The notes beneath the pieces were generated by a model. The model was not told the DNA's origin, did no database searches, and saw only the letters and a list, made by a program, of their open reading frames with translations. A stretch of 64,000 nt of DNA from Octopus sinensis (lineage: Eukaryota): the NCBI RefSeq assembly GCF_006345805.1, contig NC_043011.1, positions 33,120,464-33,184,463 on the forward strand. Reading direction: 5' to 3'. The position numbers and the translations under genes were made by a program. The number at the start of each line of letters is the position of its first letter. Within the stretch, counting starts at the first letter, position 1. Positions 1 to 12,519 of this stretch are shown here, one piece after another.

Positions 1-1857
1 TATAAAGCGATGATCCATCCGCGGAAGGTCGGGCCGAGAAGCCAGCCGCCGCCAGATACTGATGGTCCACCCTATCAAACGCTTTCGATTGGGTCCAAGT
101 GGACCATAGCCCCACCCTTGCCAGGAATCCTATTTACCCTTTCTAAGGCATAGCGTAGAAAGTGGAGATTGTCGTGGATGGTCCTTCCAGGGATGGCGCA
201 AGTTTGCGCCTCGCCAACAAGTTCACCCACGACCCTCGCCAACCTTTTTGCTAAGACCTTGGCCAAGATCTTCAACTCTGCGTTAAGCAGAGTGATAGGC
301 CGGAAATTATCAATTAAATCCCCCTTGTTTGGGTCCTTTCTTAACAACGCTACCACCCCTCGGCTCACAGACTTAGGAATTCTCCCGTTCTGCTGCCAGT
401 TGGTGTACACGCATGCAAGTAGGTGCCCAAACAAGTCTGGCATGCTACTATAGAGTTCGTAAGGCAGACCATCGAATCCCGGCGATTTGTCCCCGCCGCA
501 TTCTGCCAACATATCCTCGACTTCTTTGGCTGTGATCGGCGCCCCACAAGATTCCGCGTCCGGCCCCGATAGACGCGGCGAACCGGCTAGGAAGTCTGCT
601 AGCTTCTCCCCGCGCTCCAGCTCGCCGCTCCTCCCGAATAGCTGGGCGAAATGATCATGAAACACCTTGCACATCTCCTCGGGTTCGTTTACTAATCGAC
701 CATTTGGGCCCGTCAAGGATCGAATGGTTGAGTTGTTGCCACGCTGGCCCTCTACCACCCGGGCCCATCCGGCTGCGTTGATCCCTTCCTGTCTCATTGC
801 ACGGATCTTAGCCCTAATAATGCACCCTTCATGTTTAGCTTGGAGATGTTGGTCTAGTGCTAACCTCGCCGCTAACACTTTCGATGCACAGCCTGACCTC
901 ATTGCCTCCTCTATAGCCTTAACTAGTTCCTTTTCTACTTTGTTTTCTAGCACTAGCTAGTTCTTTGCTAAACCTAATTGACTCAAATTTGATGGCTCTT
1001 TTCAGGGCGTACCACCATTTATTGTTGATAATGGATCCGGTTAACGCCCTCATTACTAATTGTTTAATCCGATTCCTGTAGGCTTCACAGTCCAATAGTG
1101 ACTTGTTTAGCTTCCAGTAGCCGGTACCTCGTCTACACATGCTATCTATGTCGAGCGTACAGGTCACTAATTTGTGATCGCTGTAGCTGACGATATGGTG
1201 TTGTGGACAGCTAAGTATTTTCTTATCTTTCCTTCTAGTTATGATTTTATCGATATAAGATCTGGACGATCCGTCGTTTCTTGCCCAGGTCCACTCTGGA
1301 ATGTCTGGATGGTCCAGTCTGAATCTATCTGCCAATTCGAAACGACTTAGCATATTGTTGAGGTGAGGTAATCCCCTCGTATTCTTTCTTGAGCCAACAT
1401 AATCTACGCTTGCATCGCAAATTATGTTGAAGTCACCTAGCAATACTAACGTGTTCGACGTGCCAAGAAAATTCTCTAGGCTTTTGAAGTACTCTTTCTA
1501 CCCGGCTTTTCCTTCGCAGGGAGCATAGACAGCGACCAGCCTGAACGCTTTACCACTGCTGTGCGTCTTATCCAAAACGACCAGCCTGCCTTTCGGATCT
1601 ATAAAGACAGTTCTAATCTCTAGATCCAGGTTTTTCCTGACCAGTCCTCCGCCCCCTCCAGGTCGACAGGGAAAAACGTATTTCTCGTAGCCGTTTAGAA
1701 GGGGCGAAAAAGCCTGCAGCCCACTCAGTCTGGATTCGGTAATTACCACTACATCCAAACAATGCGACCTAAGGTCGTTAAGGCGGTAGCCTTGCTTCCA
1801 ATACGACCCCAGGCCGCGAATATTTATACAACCGAGTTTAAACGAGAATGTGAAAAA
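1..1857 (-). pseudogene. LINE ORF2 (APE endonuclease + reverse transcriptase), broken by frameshifts
   Basis: FKLGCINIRGL..DVVVITESRL, VAVYAP, GDFN, SYID, SDHKLV, YWKLNKSLL, KSPGFDGLPYELY, NFRPITLLNAELKILAK and (Q)SKAFDRVDH are spread over at least 4 frame segments (1498-1758, 919-1443, 75-953, <75). Confidence 0.9.
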
Positions 1858-2161
1858 TTAGTCGAATGTTTAAAACTTACTGTTTTAACGGAAGAGAGAG
1901 TGTAGTTTCACCCTCCTCTTTTCTGTCTGTGAGTGTTGTGTTTTGCGAGGTCAGTTTTTTTGCGAATTGCTTGTACAGATGGCTTGAAAAGTTCATCTGT
2001 AACGGCCTACATCCTCCGCAAAAGATTTTTTAATTTCAAAATAATCCTCGTTATCTATCGTATAAAATTCTACATTTTCGGATATAATACTATTTATATC
2101 TGTTGCGATATATTTTTTCGCCGATTTCAGTAAATTAATTTTTTCCCTTAATGGGTTCTTT

Positions 2162-3544
2162 TTATTTATCGCCGTGAAGGTGTTTCTTTTTTTTTTTGTT
2201 AGGTGATTGTGGAGGGGGCTGTGTGTGTGTGTTTGTGGGTGTGTGTGTGCTTGTAGAAGCGTGGGTGTCTGTAGGTGTGTGCGTGCTTGTGGTAGGTGTG
2301 TGAGTGTTTGTGTGTGCTTTTTCCAGTGTGTGTGTTTTTTTGGCTACGTGTGTGTTTGCGACTGTATTTGTGGGTGTGGGTGTGCTTGTCTGTGTATCCG
2401 AAGAGGGTGGATTTTTCCGTTTCCGTCTTCTTTTTGAAGCTTCCACGTTGACCCACTCCTGGATGTTGTTGTCATCGTTGTTTTCTCCCGTTGTCGGCTG
2501 AATTTCGGCAATTGGGGTGCGCGACGTGGCTGCTATTTCTAGCGGTGTGGTCGTTGTCTTCGGCGTCGTGCTTGCCTCTGCAGTATTTTCTTTCGCTGTC
2601 TTCTTGCAGCTCGACCGTATGTGGCCTTTCTCGCCACATTTATAGCATCTCGGTTTTCTTCCCTCGACTATTACCATCAAGGTGGTATCTCCAATGGTGA
2701 GGGAGCTTGGCAATTTTTCCAAGTCCGAGGGGTTCGCTTGGATCACAAGCTCTAAGTCCTGTCCATACCAGGTTGTGGGGCGGTATCTTTTAGACTGAAG
2801 AATGGCAATTTCTTCCTCTTTGCCTAAGAGAATCGCTGCTGTTATAAAATCCACCTCGATTTCGGGCGGAATGTCCGTAACCGTTATTCTACTAGTTCTC
2901 ATTCCTAAATAAAATGGTAAAAGAACTACCTCTTCCGACTTCAACGTTCTTGTTGAATGTTCCCTAGCTATTTCTTCGCTAGGGAAACGCACCTCTACCG
3001 TGCCGAAGCGACTACCCCTTGTTATATAACTTGTCTGTTGCCATATCGGCCTCAAACATTTTTCAATGGCTTCTCTCTGTACGAAGTCAATTTTCTTATT
3101 TTTGACATTATAAGTCTTGTATATTACAGTTTTTCTCTCCGTCGCGTAAATTAATTCACTGGGAGGGAACAACTTCACATTATCACCTTTTTTTAATAAA
3201 GTTTGGTACTTCTTTAATCCTTCTTTGTTAATAACGATGTTTTCACAGGGGCGAGTTGCTGCACTCGCAAAATTTATTTTTGCCTTTTCTTGTCGTTTAC
3301 TAGCTTCGCCAGACATATTGTCGTCTGCTTTTGTAACGCTCGCGTGAGACGTCTCTTTACTTCTACCTTCCTCCTCCCGCATTTTCGCCTTCATGCCTTC
3401 AAACAAATTTTCAACGTTTTCCTCCGACTCGGAGGAGACTGGTTGCAAATTCATGTCTTTTTCGTCACTTCCCCCTTGAAACAAGGGGGAAAAAACAGCA
3501 GAACTCTGCTGCAATAGCAGAAAAGAAGTGGCCTCGACGACCAA
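2162..3544 (-). CDS. LINE ORF1 nucleic-acid-binding protein (gag-like zinc knuckle, Thr/His-rich tail)
   Basis: Open 460-codon frame containing CYKCGEKGHIRSSC (CX2CX4HX4C). The true start Met is uncertain. Confidence 0.8.
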   Translation of the reverse strand: MVVEATSFLLLQQSSAVFSPLFQGGSDEKDMNLQPVSSESEENVENLFEGMKAKMREEEGRSKETSHASVTKADDNMSGEASKRQEKAKINFASAATRPCENIVINKEGLKKYQTLLKKGDNVKLFPPSELIYATERKTVIYKTYNVKNKKIDFVQREAIEKCLRPIWQQTSYITRGSRFGTVEVRFPSEEIAREHSTRTLKSEEVVLLPFYLGMRTSRITVTDIPPEIEVDFITAAILLGKEEEIAILQSKRYRPTTWYGQDLELVIQANPSDLEKLPSSLTIGDTTLMVIVEGRKPRCYKCGEKGHIRSSCKKTAKENTAEASTTPKTTTTPLEIAATSRTPIAEIQPTTGENNDDNNIQEWVNVEASKRRRKRKNPPSSDTQTSTPTPTNTVANTHVAKKTHTLEKAHTNTHTPTTSTHTPTDTHASTSTHTPTNTHTQPPPQSPNKKKKKHLHGDK

Positions 3545-3616
3545 AACAGCAAATTTTCAAACTTTTCAGCACAAAAACAATCTTTCACTGCGGAGCAAAG
3601 AATAACACGACCGATC

Positions 3617-3716
<100 letters not shown>

Positions 3717-4388
3717 AACCTCAAAATGATCACTGGACATGCTAGAAATAACAGCCAAATCTGGCGTATTATAAAAATAAATCAAGTATTTGACAATAAT
3801 AGTCCAATATAAGAAAAATATGAAGATTTCGATTCTGAAAAATAATTTTTCCCAAATTTCAATTTTAAAAAAAAAAAATATTATTTCGTCTCCGACATTC
3901 ACCCGTCTGCCAGAAGTAAGGAATGTCTCAGTACAGTTGTTCTTATTCTTTTCCCAACCGCCAACCATTCCAGTAACCTGAAATTGCATAAGAATCTGTG
4001 AAAAGCTTACATTCATAGAAATATTAGAGAATATTTTTTCTACCGCTCTTTACTGATCGATGAATGGACGAAACATCCATGTAACTCTGCTTTCTTCGCC
4101 CCATACTGGCTAAATGAATGGGTTATTTATTATTAGTACTCTAGTTTACATTGGAAATAGCGAGGAATTAAAACGATAAGTAACAAGTCTCAAAAAAGGC
4201 TTATCAGTCCGCCTCATGATTCCAGCAGACAAAATGGGAAGGCCGTTGACCCAGTGGGGCGGGGGTGTAGGCGATGCACTGGAACAGCCACTTTGACTAA
4301 TGGGGCTCGCACATGCGGATTGCTATCTCAGCCCCAAGAGTATGTGAACCGGTATGTGGTCTGGAGGCTGAGAACGCCGGAAGTCTCC

Positions 4389-4806
4389 GGCGATCTTTCG
4401 TCTCTAGTAGACCTTTCCGTCGATTTCCGTAAAAAATTTTTTTTTTTTTTTACATATGGGCTTGCGGGAACTTTTGAAGTAATGAGAGCGAAAGAGACTA
4501 AGAGAAAGCGATTGTATGACGAGGGAAGTTCTTTTGAAGTTACCGTGCATGGCAAGCATTGATATACATGTGTGTTTGATGGGGTGTGGGAGACAGAAAG
4601 TATGTTGTGTAAGTGAAGTGCTTCACACACACACACACACACATGTACATCAATGCTCCCATGCACGGTAACTTCATAAGTCATACAATCGCTTTCTCTT
4701 AGTCTCTTTCGCTCTCATTATTTCAAAAGTTCCCGCAAGCCCATATGTGAAAAAAAAATTTTTTACAGAAATCGACGGAAAGGTCTACTAGAGACGAAAG
4801 ATCGCC
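4389..4806. repeat. Foldback inverted repeat (arms about 4389-4575 and 4640-4806), MITE-like
   Basis: ggcgatctttcgtctctagtagacctttccgtcgatt... is mirrored by ...aatcgacggaaaggtctactagagacgaaagatcgcc. Confidence 0.9.
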
Positions 4807-5552
4807 AAAGAAGGCAAAAATTTTAAAATTCAACGGAAATTACCGAACACTTTCATTATCCCTATACCTCAATATAGTGCAATAGTTATTTATAAGCGCA
4901 GGCGTGGTTGTATGCTTACGTGTCTTGCTTTTCATTCACGTGGTATTAGGTTCAGTTCCAGTGCGTGCCACCTTGGGCATGTGTCTTCTGTCATAGTCCT
5001 TGCATGCCCAAATAACTGAACGAGTTTAAAAACTTTCAGAATATTAATGTTGTGCGATGGTATGGAGGATATTCTGAAAACCAGGACAGCAGACGTGTTG
5101 AGCACACATCCACTATCATTTAAAAATATATATTTCAGCGCTCTCTGGGTTTAAGTACATTTATCTGCAGGACTGATAATAAAACATCCTTCAGAAGTTA
5201 TAAAAATATATTTTATAAGATAATTAATATACCTAATTTCATTTTGAATTAGATATCCTTTCTCTACCCGTTTTTCGGAATGACCACCCCACTCAACCCC
5301 CGGTGGTTTTAAACTCGAACGTTTGTTGATTCAACGTAATGACTCGATATGCTAGAAACAACACCCAAATCTCTGAAAACTAATTTAATCCAAAATTTAA
5401 ATATTTTAAATTCTGTCTCCCTCTATTCAAACGAACCTTCTCCGAAATATTGTCCAGGAAACATGCACGTGAAGAAATTCTGTAGATATATGCATTTATA
5501 ATTATGCGATGGGAGAAAAGGGATAATTTAGGTTCTGTTATTTGTTATTTTA

Positions 5553-5715
5553 CGGGGTGAGCGCGAACGCAGACCCCACACTTAGAAATAGCGCACCCGA
5601 GTCGCCCACATTTGGGGCGATCGCAAAGGTCAACCCAACCGGAGTGCAATGGAAGGGCCTCGCTCTGGGAGAACCACCTTGCTGATCATGGTTTACCCCT
5701 GTGCCAGGTAAGTAT
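5553..5715 (-). ncRNA. U1: U1 spliceosomal snRNA (163 nt; variant or young pseudogene)
   Basis: The reverse complement begins AUACUUACCUGG, has the U1A loop AUUGCACUCC, SL3 CGCCC-CAAAUGU-GGGCG and terminal SL4 GGGG-UCUGCG-UUCG-CGCUCA-CCCC. Length matches U1. Confidence 0.95.
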
Positions 5716-6759
5716 GATTAGGGAGGTCATCATTATGTTATATATAGTTTTCATTACAAACATTGACTGATTTTATATTAATAACATTTCCTGTTATTTA
5801 TTTTTGTCCTGTATAAAATTTAAAAAGCTCTAAAATATTTTACTAAACAAATCATTTATTTATTTTTTCTATATTTTTGAAAGCATTTCTTTTTAATTTA
5901 CTTACATTGTATGTATCTATTAATTAAACGCTATTTAATAGCTGATTCAGTTGTAACCGACGACGTTATTCAAGGGAGGTAATTGAATAATTCTGTGCAT
6001 TTAGTATCATCTTTATCATAATTTATTTTTGATGATTTTCTCTCCTTTTAAGTATTCGTGTTATTAAAGGTGAAATACTTTACGATGTGCTATATTATTT
6101 TCCTGATCAAAGAACATACTTTTGTCTTGAATATGTATTTTAGCGTACCGAGTTCGCAATCTCATTTTGATTGTCTTTTAATTCATTATCACACTTCTCT
6201 TAATTTACTCGCAAAATTATGGTGAAGGAACCATACACAGTCTCATTTTCTTTCCGTATAAATATTCATTCATAATTAATTCATAGTTAAAATGTAATAT
6301 TATGGTGTTAACCGATAGTCTAGTGGCATACCTTCACAACTGTGCACCGCCGACTTTGTTCCTCCATAACTTTCAGAAAAATTTTTATCTTTTAATGAAA
6401 CTGTCTCCGAATACTTTTCAGATGGTGTAGATTACTATTATATCGGAATTTGTTTTGAAAAAAGTTTATCGGGGGTGGGAGAGGAGTTTCGGGTAATTCC
6501 CAGAAGTCTCCTTAGTTTCCTCTAACTTTAAAAACTGGATATTTTTAGTGGAATTTTCTACATCTATCTCACTGTAGCTGAAAAATGTTTCGGTCGCATT
6601 ACAACCTCTTCAGCGAAACATAATACGGAAAGACTTCCGTCCCCACCCATTTTCTCCCAAATTTCTTTATTTTTGTAATTTTTTTTGCCCCAAATCCCGG
6701 TTTTCGGATAGGGAGGTTCCAGAAAATTGTCATAAATCGTCGTATATAGGATCCCGTAT

Positions 6760-6761
<2 letters not shown>

Positions 6762-6845
<84 letters not shown>

Positions 6846-6846
6846 C

Positions 6847-6899
<53 letters not shown>

Positions 6900-6904
6900 C
6901 ATAT

Positions 6905-6978
<74 letters not shown>

Positions 6979-6982
6979 TATA
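6762..6982. repeat. (TA)n microsatellite with interruptions
   Basis: Seen directly; it explains the spurious YIYI ORFs. Confidence 0.97.
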
Positions 6983-6984
6983 TG

Positions 6985-7205
6985 TGTGTGTGTGTGTATG
7001 TTTGTGTGTCTGTGTTTGTTCCCCCAACATCGCTTGACAACCGATGGTGGTGTGTTTACGTTCCCGTCACTTAGCGGTTCGGCAAAACAACCGATAGAAT
7101 AAGTACTAGGCTTACAAAGAATAAGTCCTGGGTCGATTTGCTCGACAAAAGGCGGAGCTCCAGCATGGCCACAGTCAAATGACTGAAACAAGTTAAGAGT
7201 AGAGT
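6985..7205 (+). mobile_element. 3' half of the abundant tRNA-derived SINE (same family as 16763-17155 and 37360-37713)
   Basis: Shares cttagcggttcggcaaaa..ccgatagaataagtactaggcttacaaagaataagtcctgg..ccagcatggcc.cagtcaaatgactgaaacaag with the other copies. Confidence 0.8.
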
Positions 7206-8547
7206 GTATCAAGTCAAACGAAAGAAGATAAGGGAAAAACGGCACATTGATATGAAATTAACAAAACTTGACTAAATAATAAATGAAAAAAAAATCAACA
7301 TAATTAATAAACTCACCATGCAATTATAGAGAAGAAATTATTGAAATTAAATATTACTCATTTTACCCCATTTTAGACATCAATTTTTTTTTAAACTTGA
7401 AAATGATCAAATTAAACATTAATATGGGGAAAAAAATTGGCCTAGAATCCAACAGAGAAAAGAATAATGATTGTTAAAAAAACTAAAACTTTGTAACCTC
7501 AATATAAATCGGATCAAAGCTGAGGAAAAATTTTTTGAAAACAAGGAGCTGCCATCTGACTATGTCTTGAACAATCTCAACTTCAACAACAACAACTATG
7601 CTGACCAAGTTTTGCTTCCGAAGACGATGCAGCAGTACAAAATAACGATGTAATGCTTATAATACTTTAACCATTAGCATAGCTCACAGATTTCTCGTTA
7701 ACTATTTTAAATTCTCAAAGGCTTAAGATGGACCAGTGTAGACGCGAACCAGCCAACCTAAGTGCATGCGAGCGTCTGTTTCGTTTTATGTTTGCAAAAC
7801 TATGCACGTTTACGTGCATGCATTCCTTAACAGTCTGTACACTCTGTGAAGTTCTAGATCTCAAATCGCACGGTCGAATATTTCGGCTGGTTGGATTAAT
7901 CGATCGATCCTCATAATATATCATATTATATTATGTTCTTCTGATGAGCTAAGATAGCTCTTTATTATCGTTTTTTATTGATTATGTTTTGAATCATTTT
8001 ATTTCATCTTCATTTCACATCTACTGTTTTTTATTATTACCTTTTTAATATTTCAAAATTTTTTTAAAATTCTTTGAACAGTCTTTTTAAAATTTACGAA
8101 TTTATTCCATTCATTCATTTTTATTTCTCTGTTGTTTTATCCTTCAAAGTTTTCTCATGAAGCTTTATTAGTTTCGAATTTTTACTCGGGTACACATCTA
8201 GATCATCACCGGAAAATTTTCGTTTTTTTTTTCTACCCTACCTTTCTAGGACTTCGTTCTGTAAACCTTTCTTCCTTATTTAACAACTTTTACACTTTAA
8301 CACAAAATATTTCACTAAAAATACCAAAGAAGACCAAACAATACAGAAGAAATTCTTAAAACAAGGAAAACAAGCTGAAAAACCTATAGTATCATCACCT
8401 CTACTTTCTCATTTCAAACAAACGGCGGTCTGAGAGAGAGAGAGAAGAAAAAAGTTCGATTGAAATTGCATTTTCGTTTTACCCCAAACTATCTACTGTA
8501 ACTTTCCTTGTTCACCTTACTCGTGGGTTTATAAGAACACTGCAACC

Positions 8548-8659
8548 ATGTATATTGTAGGCTTAACAGGTGGTATAGCCTCAGGAAAGACTACTGTCAT
8601 GGATATGTTAAAGAATCTTCGTTGTAATGTCATAGACGCTGAAGAAATTGCCAACCAAA
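8548..8659 (+). CDS. DCAKD: Dephospho-CoA kinase domain-containing protein, coding exon 1
   Basis: [16 protein letters not shown] (CoaE P-loop) followed by donor gtaagt at 8660, phase 1. Confidence 0.9.
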
Positions 8660-11152
8660 GTAAGTCCTCCACCCTAAACTATACACCTTCCAACAACTGT
8701 TGTCAACACCCACATATATTTCTTTTCATAAATTACTTTCTCTTTGATATAAAAGATTTATTTTACGAGTGACTGTTTAAAGATATTCATTATTATTATT
8801 ATTAACACTACTTTCTAAGTTCAAATGCTGCTGAGGTCAGCTTTGACATTCGCCCTTTCAGGGTCGATAAAATAAGTATTAGTTGAGTACTTTGGTCAGT
8901 GTAATTGACTTCTCTCTCCTCTTAAAATTGCTGGCCCTTAGAAAAAACTATTATTTTATTATTAACATTATTGCATCATCACCGAAGACGGTTTTGTCAG
9001 TTAATTCCTTCCGAACCTTTTACCTTTAATGAAGTTTAAAAAAAAAAAGTACTAATAATACTAAACCCTCGAAACCTTTTATTTATTGTTGGACTATGAA
9101 GATATCGGAGGATACTTTTTATTATATTTCATAGTGAGTCAATGTATTTGAATCTATTTTTATGACCATAGCAATAGGCACAAACACAGTTATATTAAAA
9201 GTTCTGTTCATTCCACTGGGATAACATCTCATGGTGCTGAAAGGACTAAATACAAAAAAAAATCGCCGTCATTTCATGCTATTTTGACAACTGGTATTGT
9301 TTCGAATAAAGGAACAGCTATAGCTCTGGGTTTGTTCTCGTCGGCAACCTATGATCAAAGGCGTCATGGCCTTGACCATCACATCTTTTCGTGTGTACCT
9401 CAGGGGTTACGTTTTACTTAATGCGTGTGAATTGAGATTTGGCTGCTATTTCTAGCAGGTCGAGCGATCGTGTAGAGACTTTTTAAAAAGAAAACAGTAC
9501 CAAAAAATGTACTATTTTTGATATAAACCCACATGACAAGAACTAATCACTGTTTTAATCGATTTCTTGTTTGATTGGTTATTTAATCTTAGGTCAGCCA
9601 TGGTCAAGTGACTGATCATTTAGAGGCCCACCCTCGATGTCTCATACTATATATTAAATTGGTAACACTACAGCCCTTTTTCAATTGTTCACTAGAAAGA
9701 TATTTCAAATGATAGCAATATTCATATCATAATTTTCTAATGATTTAGTTGTCTTTGATATAGAACAACCTTCCTTTCGGATTAGCATTTTCGCCCTCTC
9801 TCTTAATGAATTTCTCTTAATCTCACAGCAATTCCCCAACTCCTTAGTTCATCATTCTAATATTTCTTTTCACAAGTCATATGTCCCCTCATTTATAATA
9901 GCATGGAAATGAGTGCGTGACATCCAAATGTTTCCAGTCCATTAAAAATGAGGTGGAACTAATATGTATATTCCGTCTGTTTTGGGTTTATTCAAGAAAC
10001 TTTCCTAGTGCAAGGAGTTTTATTTAGCTTTACATTCTAACTCAGAAATACAGTATTATTTTTCTTAATGGTGATAATAATGGTTACTGTTATTTTTATC
10101 GAAAATACTTCATAAAATTAAACTAAACTGCCTTCAGTTAGTTTTGAAAATCTTTGTCATTCGGGTGTGTACCTTACTGACTCAGCCCTTGCGTTTGTTT
10201 TGGGTTTCAGGGTTCAAAAGGTCAAATTTTTCATGCTATCTAGTTTATTTGTTGACAAAACCTGATTGCTGTCATTTTTTAAAAATTATTTTGTATGTCT
10301 GTTGAAACATCGTAAATGGAGAGTAAACCCAAGTAAATAAATATGAAAACGAAAGCTAAAATAATGTTCGGTGAAAATAGGATTGGCGTGTTAATTTTTC
10401 AAATAGTGTATATTTTTAAATGTTTCATTTTATACGATCGCCTGTTAAAGCTGCATAGTTTTTTTTTTTTAGTTGTTTATCGATGTAATTTCAAATCATT
10501 CCTCAATGTTTATTACGTTTATATTAATTCTTCACATTCTCTTCAACACTATCTTTTGACTTTGGATTTCTTTTTCAATCAAATCTTGAACCGTTAAATT
10601 CTACAAGACATTATGACCTTCACCTTTTGCCATTGAGTCACGTGGATTGACATTCAATCTACTAGAAATAGCAGTCAATTCAACTCTCAAATTATACCCT
10701 ACCATGCAAAAAAAAAAACAACAAAAAAACATGGAAGGACACACTGGGTAATGTTGTCCATAGTACGCTATCTGCCAAAAAAAAACCAAAAAAACCTGAT
10801 GATGATGACAATGCTTTGATCATAAGGTTTGATTAGTCAGCGCCGACTTAAAATTACAGACAATCCTTCTGTTTGATGTTTTGTTAAAATGGTACAATTA
10901 ACGAGAATTGGGCATTATTTCAATTACTTTTTTTCCACTGCTTTGTTTCAAATCTAAAGCATTTTATTATTTATTTTTAATTACTGTTGCCATTCATTGA
11001 ATTGTTTTTGTGTAGCCCGAGGTCAGCTCTGACCAAGCAGAGCCATATTGAAAAGCCTTCCAGTTGTGACCATCTAGCATATCAATGACTACATATAATT
11101 TCCAGTGCGTCCTATATATTTTTTATGATGGTAGAGTGTGATCTAAGGGAGA

Positions 11153-12480
11153 CTTGGGTGCTATTGCTAGCTACTAGAATGACTGCATAAACGCCTTCTT
11201 TGTAGGTTTGTTTCAAGGTCAGCTTGATAATATAAACCTGTGATCAAATGCACTTCAGCTGTGATCATCCCATCTTTATAGGCGTTTTCTTTCAGACGAC
11301 ATGAGCCATTATTGTTCTTCAGATATGTTTTGCATAGAGCTTGCACTAGTGGACCCTCATAGTCTGTTGGCCGGTAAACGTCCTGCAGTGCAAATTGTAC
11401 GAAAATTTTGGCATCTTTCGACGGATCTTTTTGGTTTGAACAGCAGTTTTTTTAAATAATTTCCACGTAACTAAACACTTTTAAACTTCGTATACTGGTA
11501 GAAAGTGTTTATAAAACATCTTTTTCTCTTGGCTTTATTGAGAAAATTCTATAGTTTGTAAGATATTTGTTGTTTTTCTTCTTTAATTTCTGCAATTTCA
11601 ACCAATCAATGACGTCTATTGAGGTGAAAACATTGTGCCGTATGAATATGCCCCTCGTTTAAGAAACAGATTGGGTTTATTTACATTTCTGAAGAAAAAA
11701 AGATACCCTTCCCCCTAACCCTAAAACAGATTGAAATGCAATAGATCGATACTAGGGTCATAATTATGGGTGACAATTTCATATGACACCGCTAGAAAAA
11801 ACTGCCGTTCAAACCGAAAAGATCCGACTTGGGTGCTATTGCTAGCTACTCGAATGACTGCATAGACGCCTTTTTTGTAGGTATGTTTCAAGGTCAGCCT
11901 CATAATATAAACCTGTGATCAAATGCACTTTAGCTGTGATCATCCCATCTTTATAGACATTTTCTTTCAGACGACATGAGCCATTATTGTTCTTCAGATA
12001 TGTTTTGCATAGAGCTTGCACTAGTGGACCCTCATGGTCTGTTGGCCGGTAAACATTGTCCTGCAGTGCAAATTGTACGAAAATTTTGGCATCTTTCGAC
12101 GGATCTTTTCAGTTTGAACAGCAGTTTTTTAAAATAATTTCAACGTAACTAAACACTTTTAAACTTTGTATACTGGTAGAATGTGTTTATAAAACATCTT
12201 TTTCTTTTGGTTTTATAGAGAAAATTCTATAGTTTGTAAGATATTTGTTGTTTTTTTTCTTCAATTTCTGCAATTTCAACCAATCAATGACGTCTATTGA
12301 GGTGAAAACATTCTGTGCCGTATGAATATGTCCCTTGTTTCTGAAGAAAAAAAGATACCCTTTCCCCCATCCTTAACCCTAACACTAAAACAGAATGAAA
12401 TGCAATAGATCGATACTAGGGTCATAATTATGGGTGACAATTTCATATGACACTGCTAGAAAAAACTGCCGTTCAAACCG
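11153..12480. repeat. Direct tandem duplication of about 670 bp, each unit carrying a small TIR element
   Basis: gacttgggtgctattgctagctact recurs at about 11153 and 11826. TIR-like ends cggatctttt.ggtttgaac.gcagtttt / aaaactgccgttcaaaccgaaa.gatcc. Confidence 0.9.
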
Positions 12481-12519
12481 AAATGATCCAATTTTAGCAC
12501 CTTTCGACAGTTTTATTCA

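Noticed and set aside
4190-4385. GC-rich segment with ACUAAUGGGGCUC resembling RNase MRP CR-V or an HDV-like J4/2-P2
   Set aside because: No matching CR-I/P4 partner lies upstream and no consistent P1/P3 nested pseudoknot could be built. An Infernal scan would settle it.
6575-6615. Minus-strand CUGAAGA-GGUUG-UAAUG-CGACC-GAAAC hammerhead core
   Set aside because: Core and stem II are good, but helices I and III cannot be paired; probably a decayed Penelope-type motif.
7471-7653. 60-aa ORF as a host gene
   Set aside because: No ATG or splice context; it may be a decayed retroelement end but cannot be supported.
7939-7965. CUGAUGA followed by a small hairpin
   Set aside because: No GAAA follows the stem, so it is not a hammerhead.
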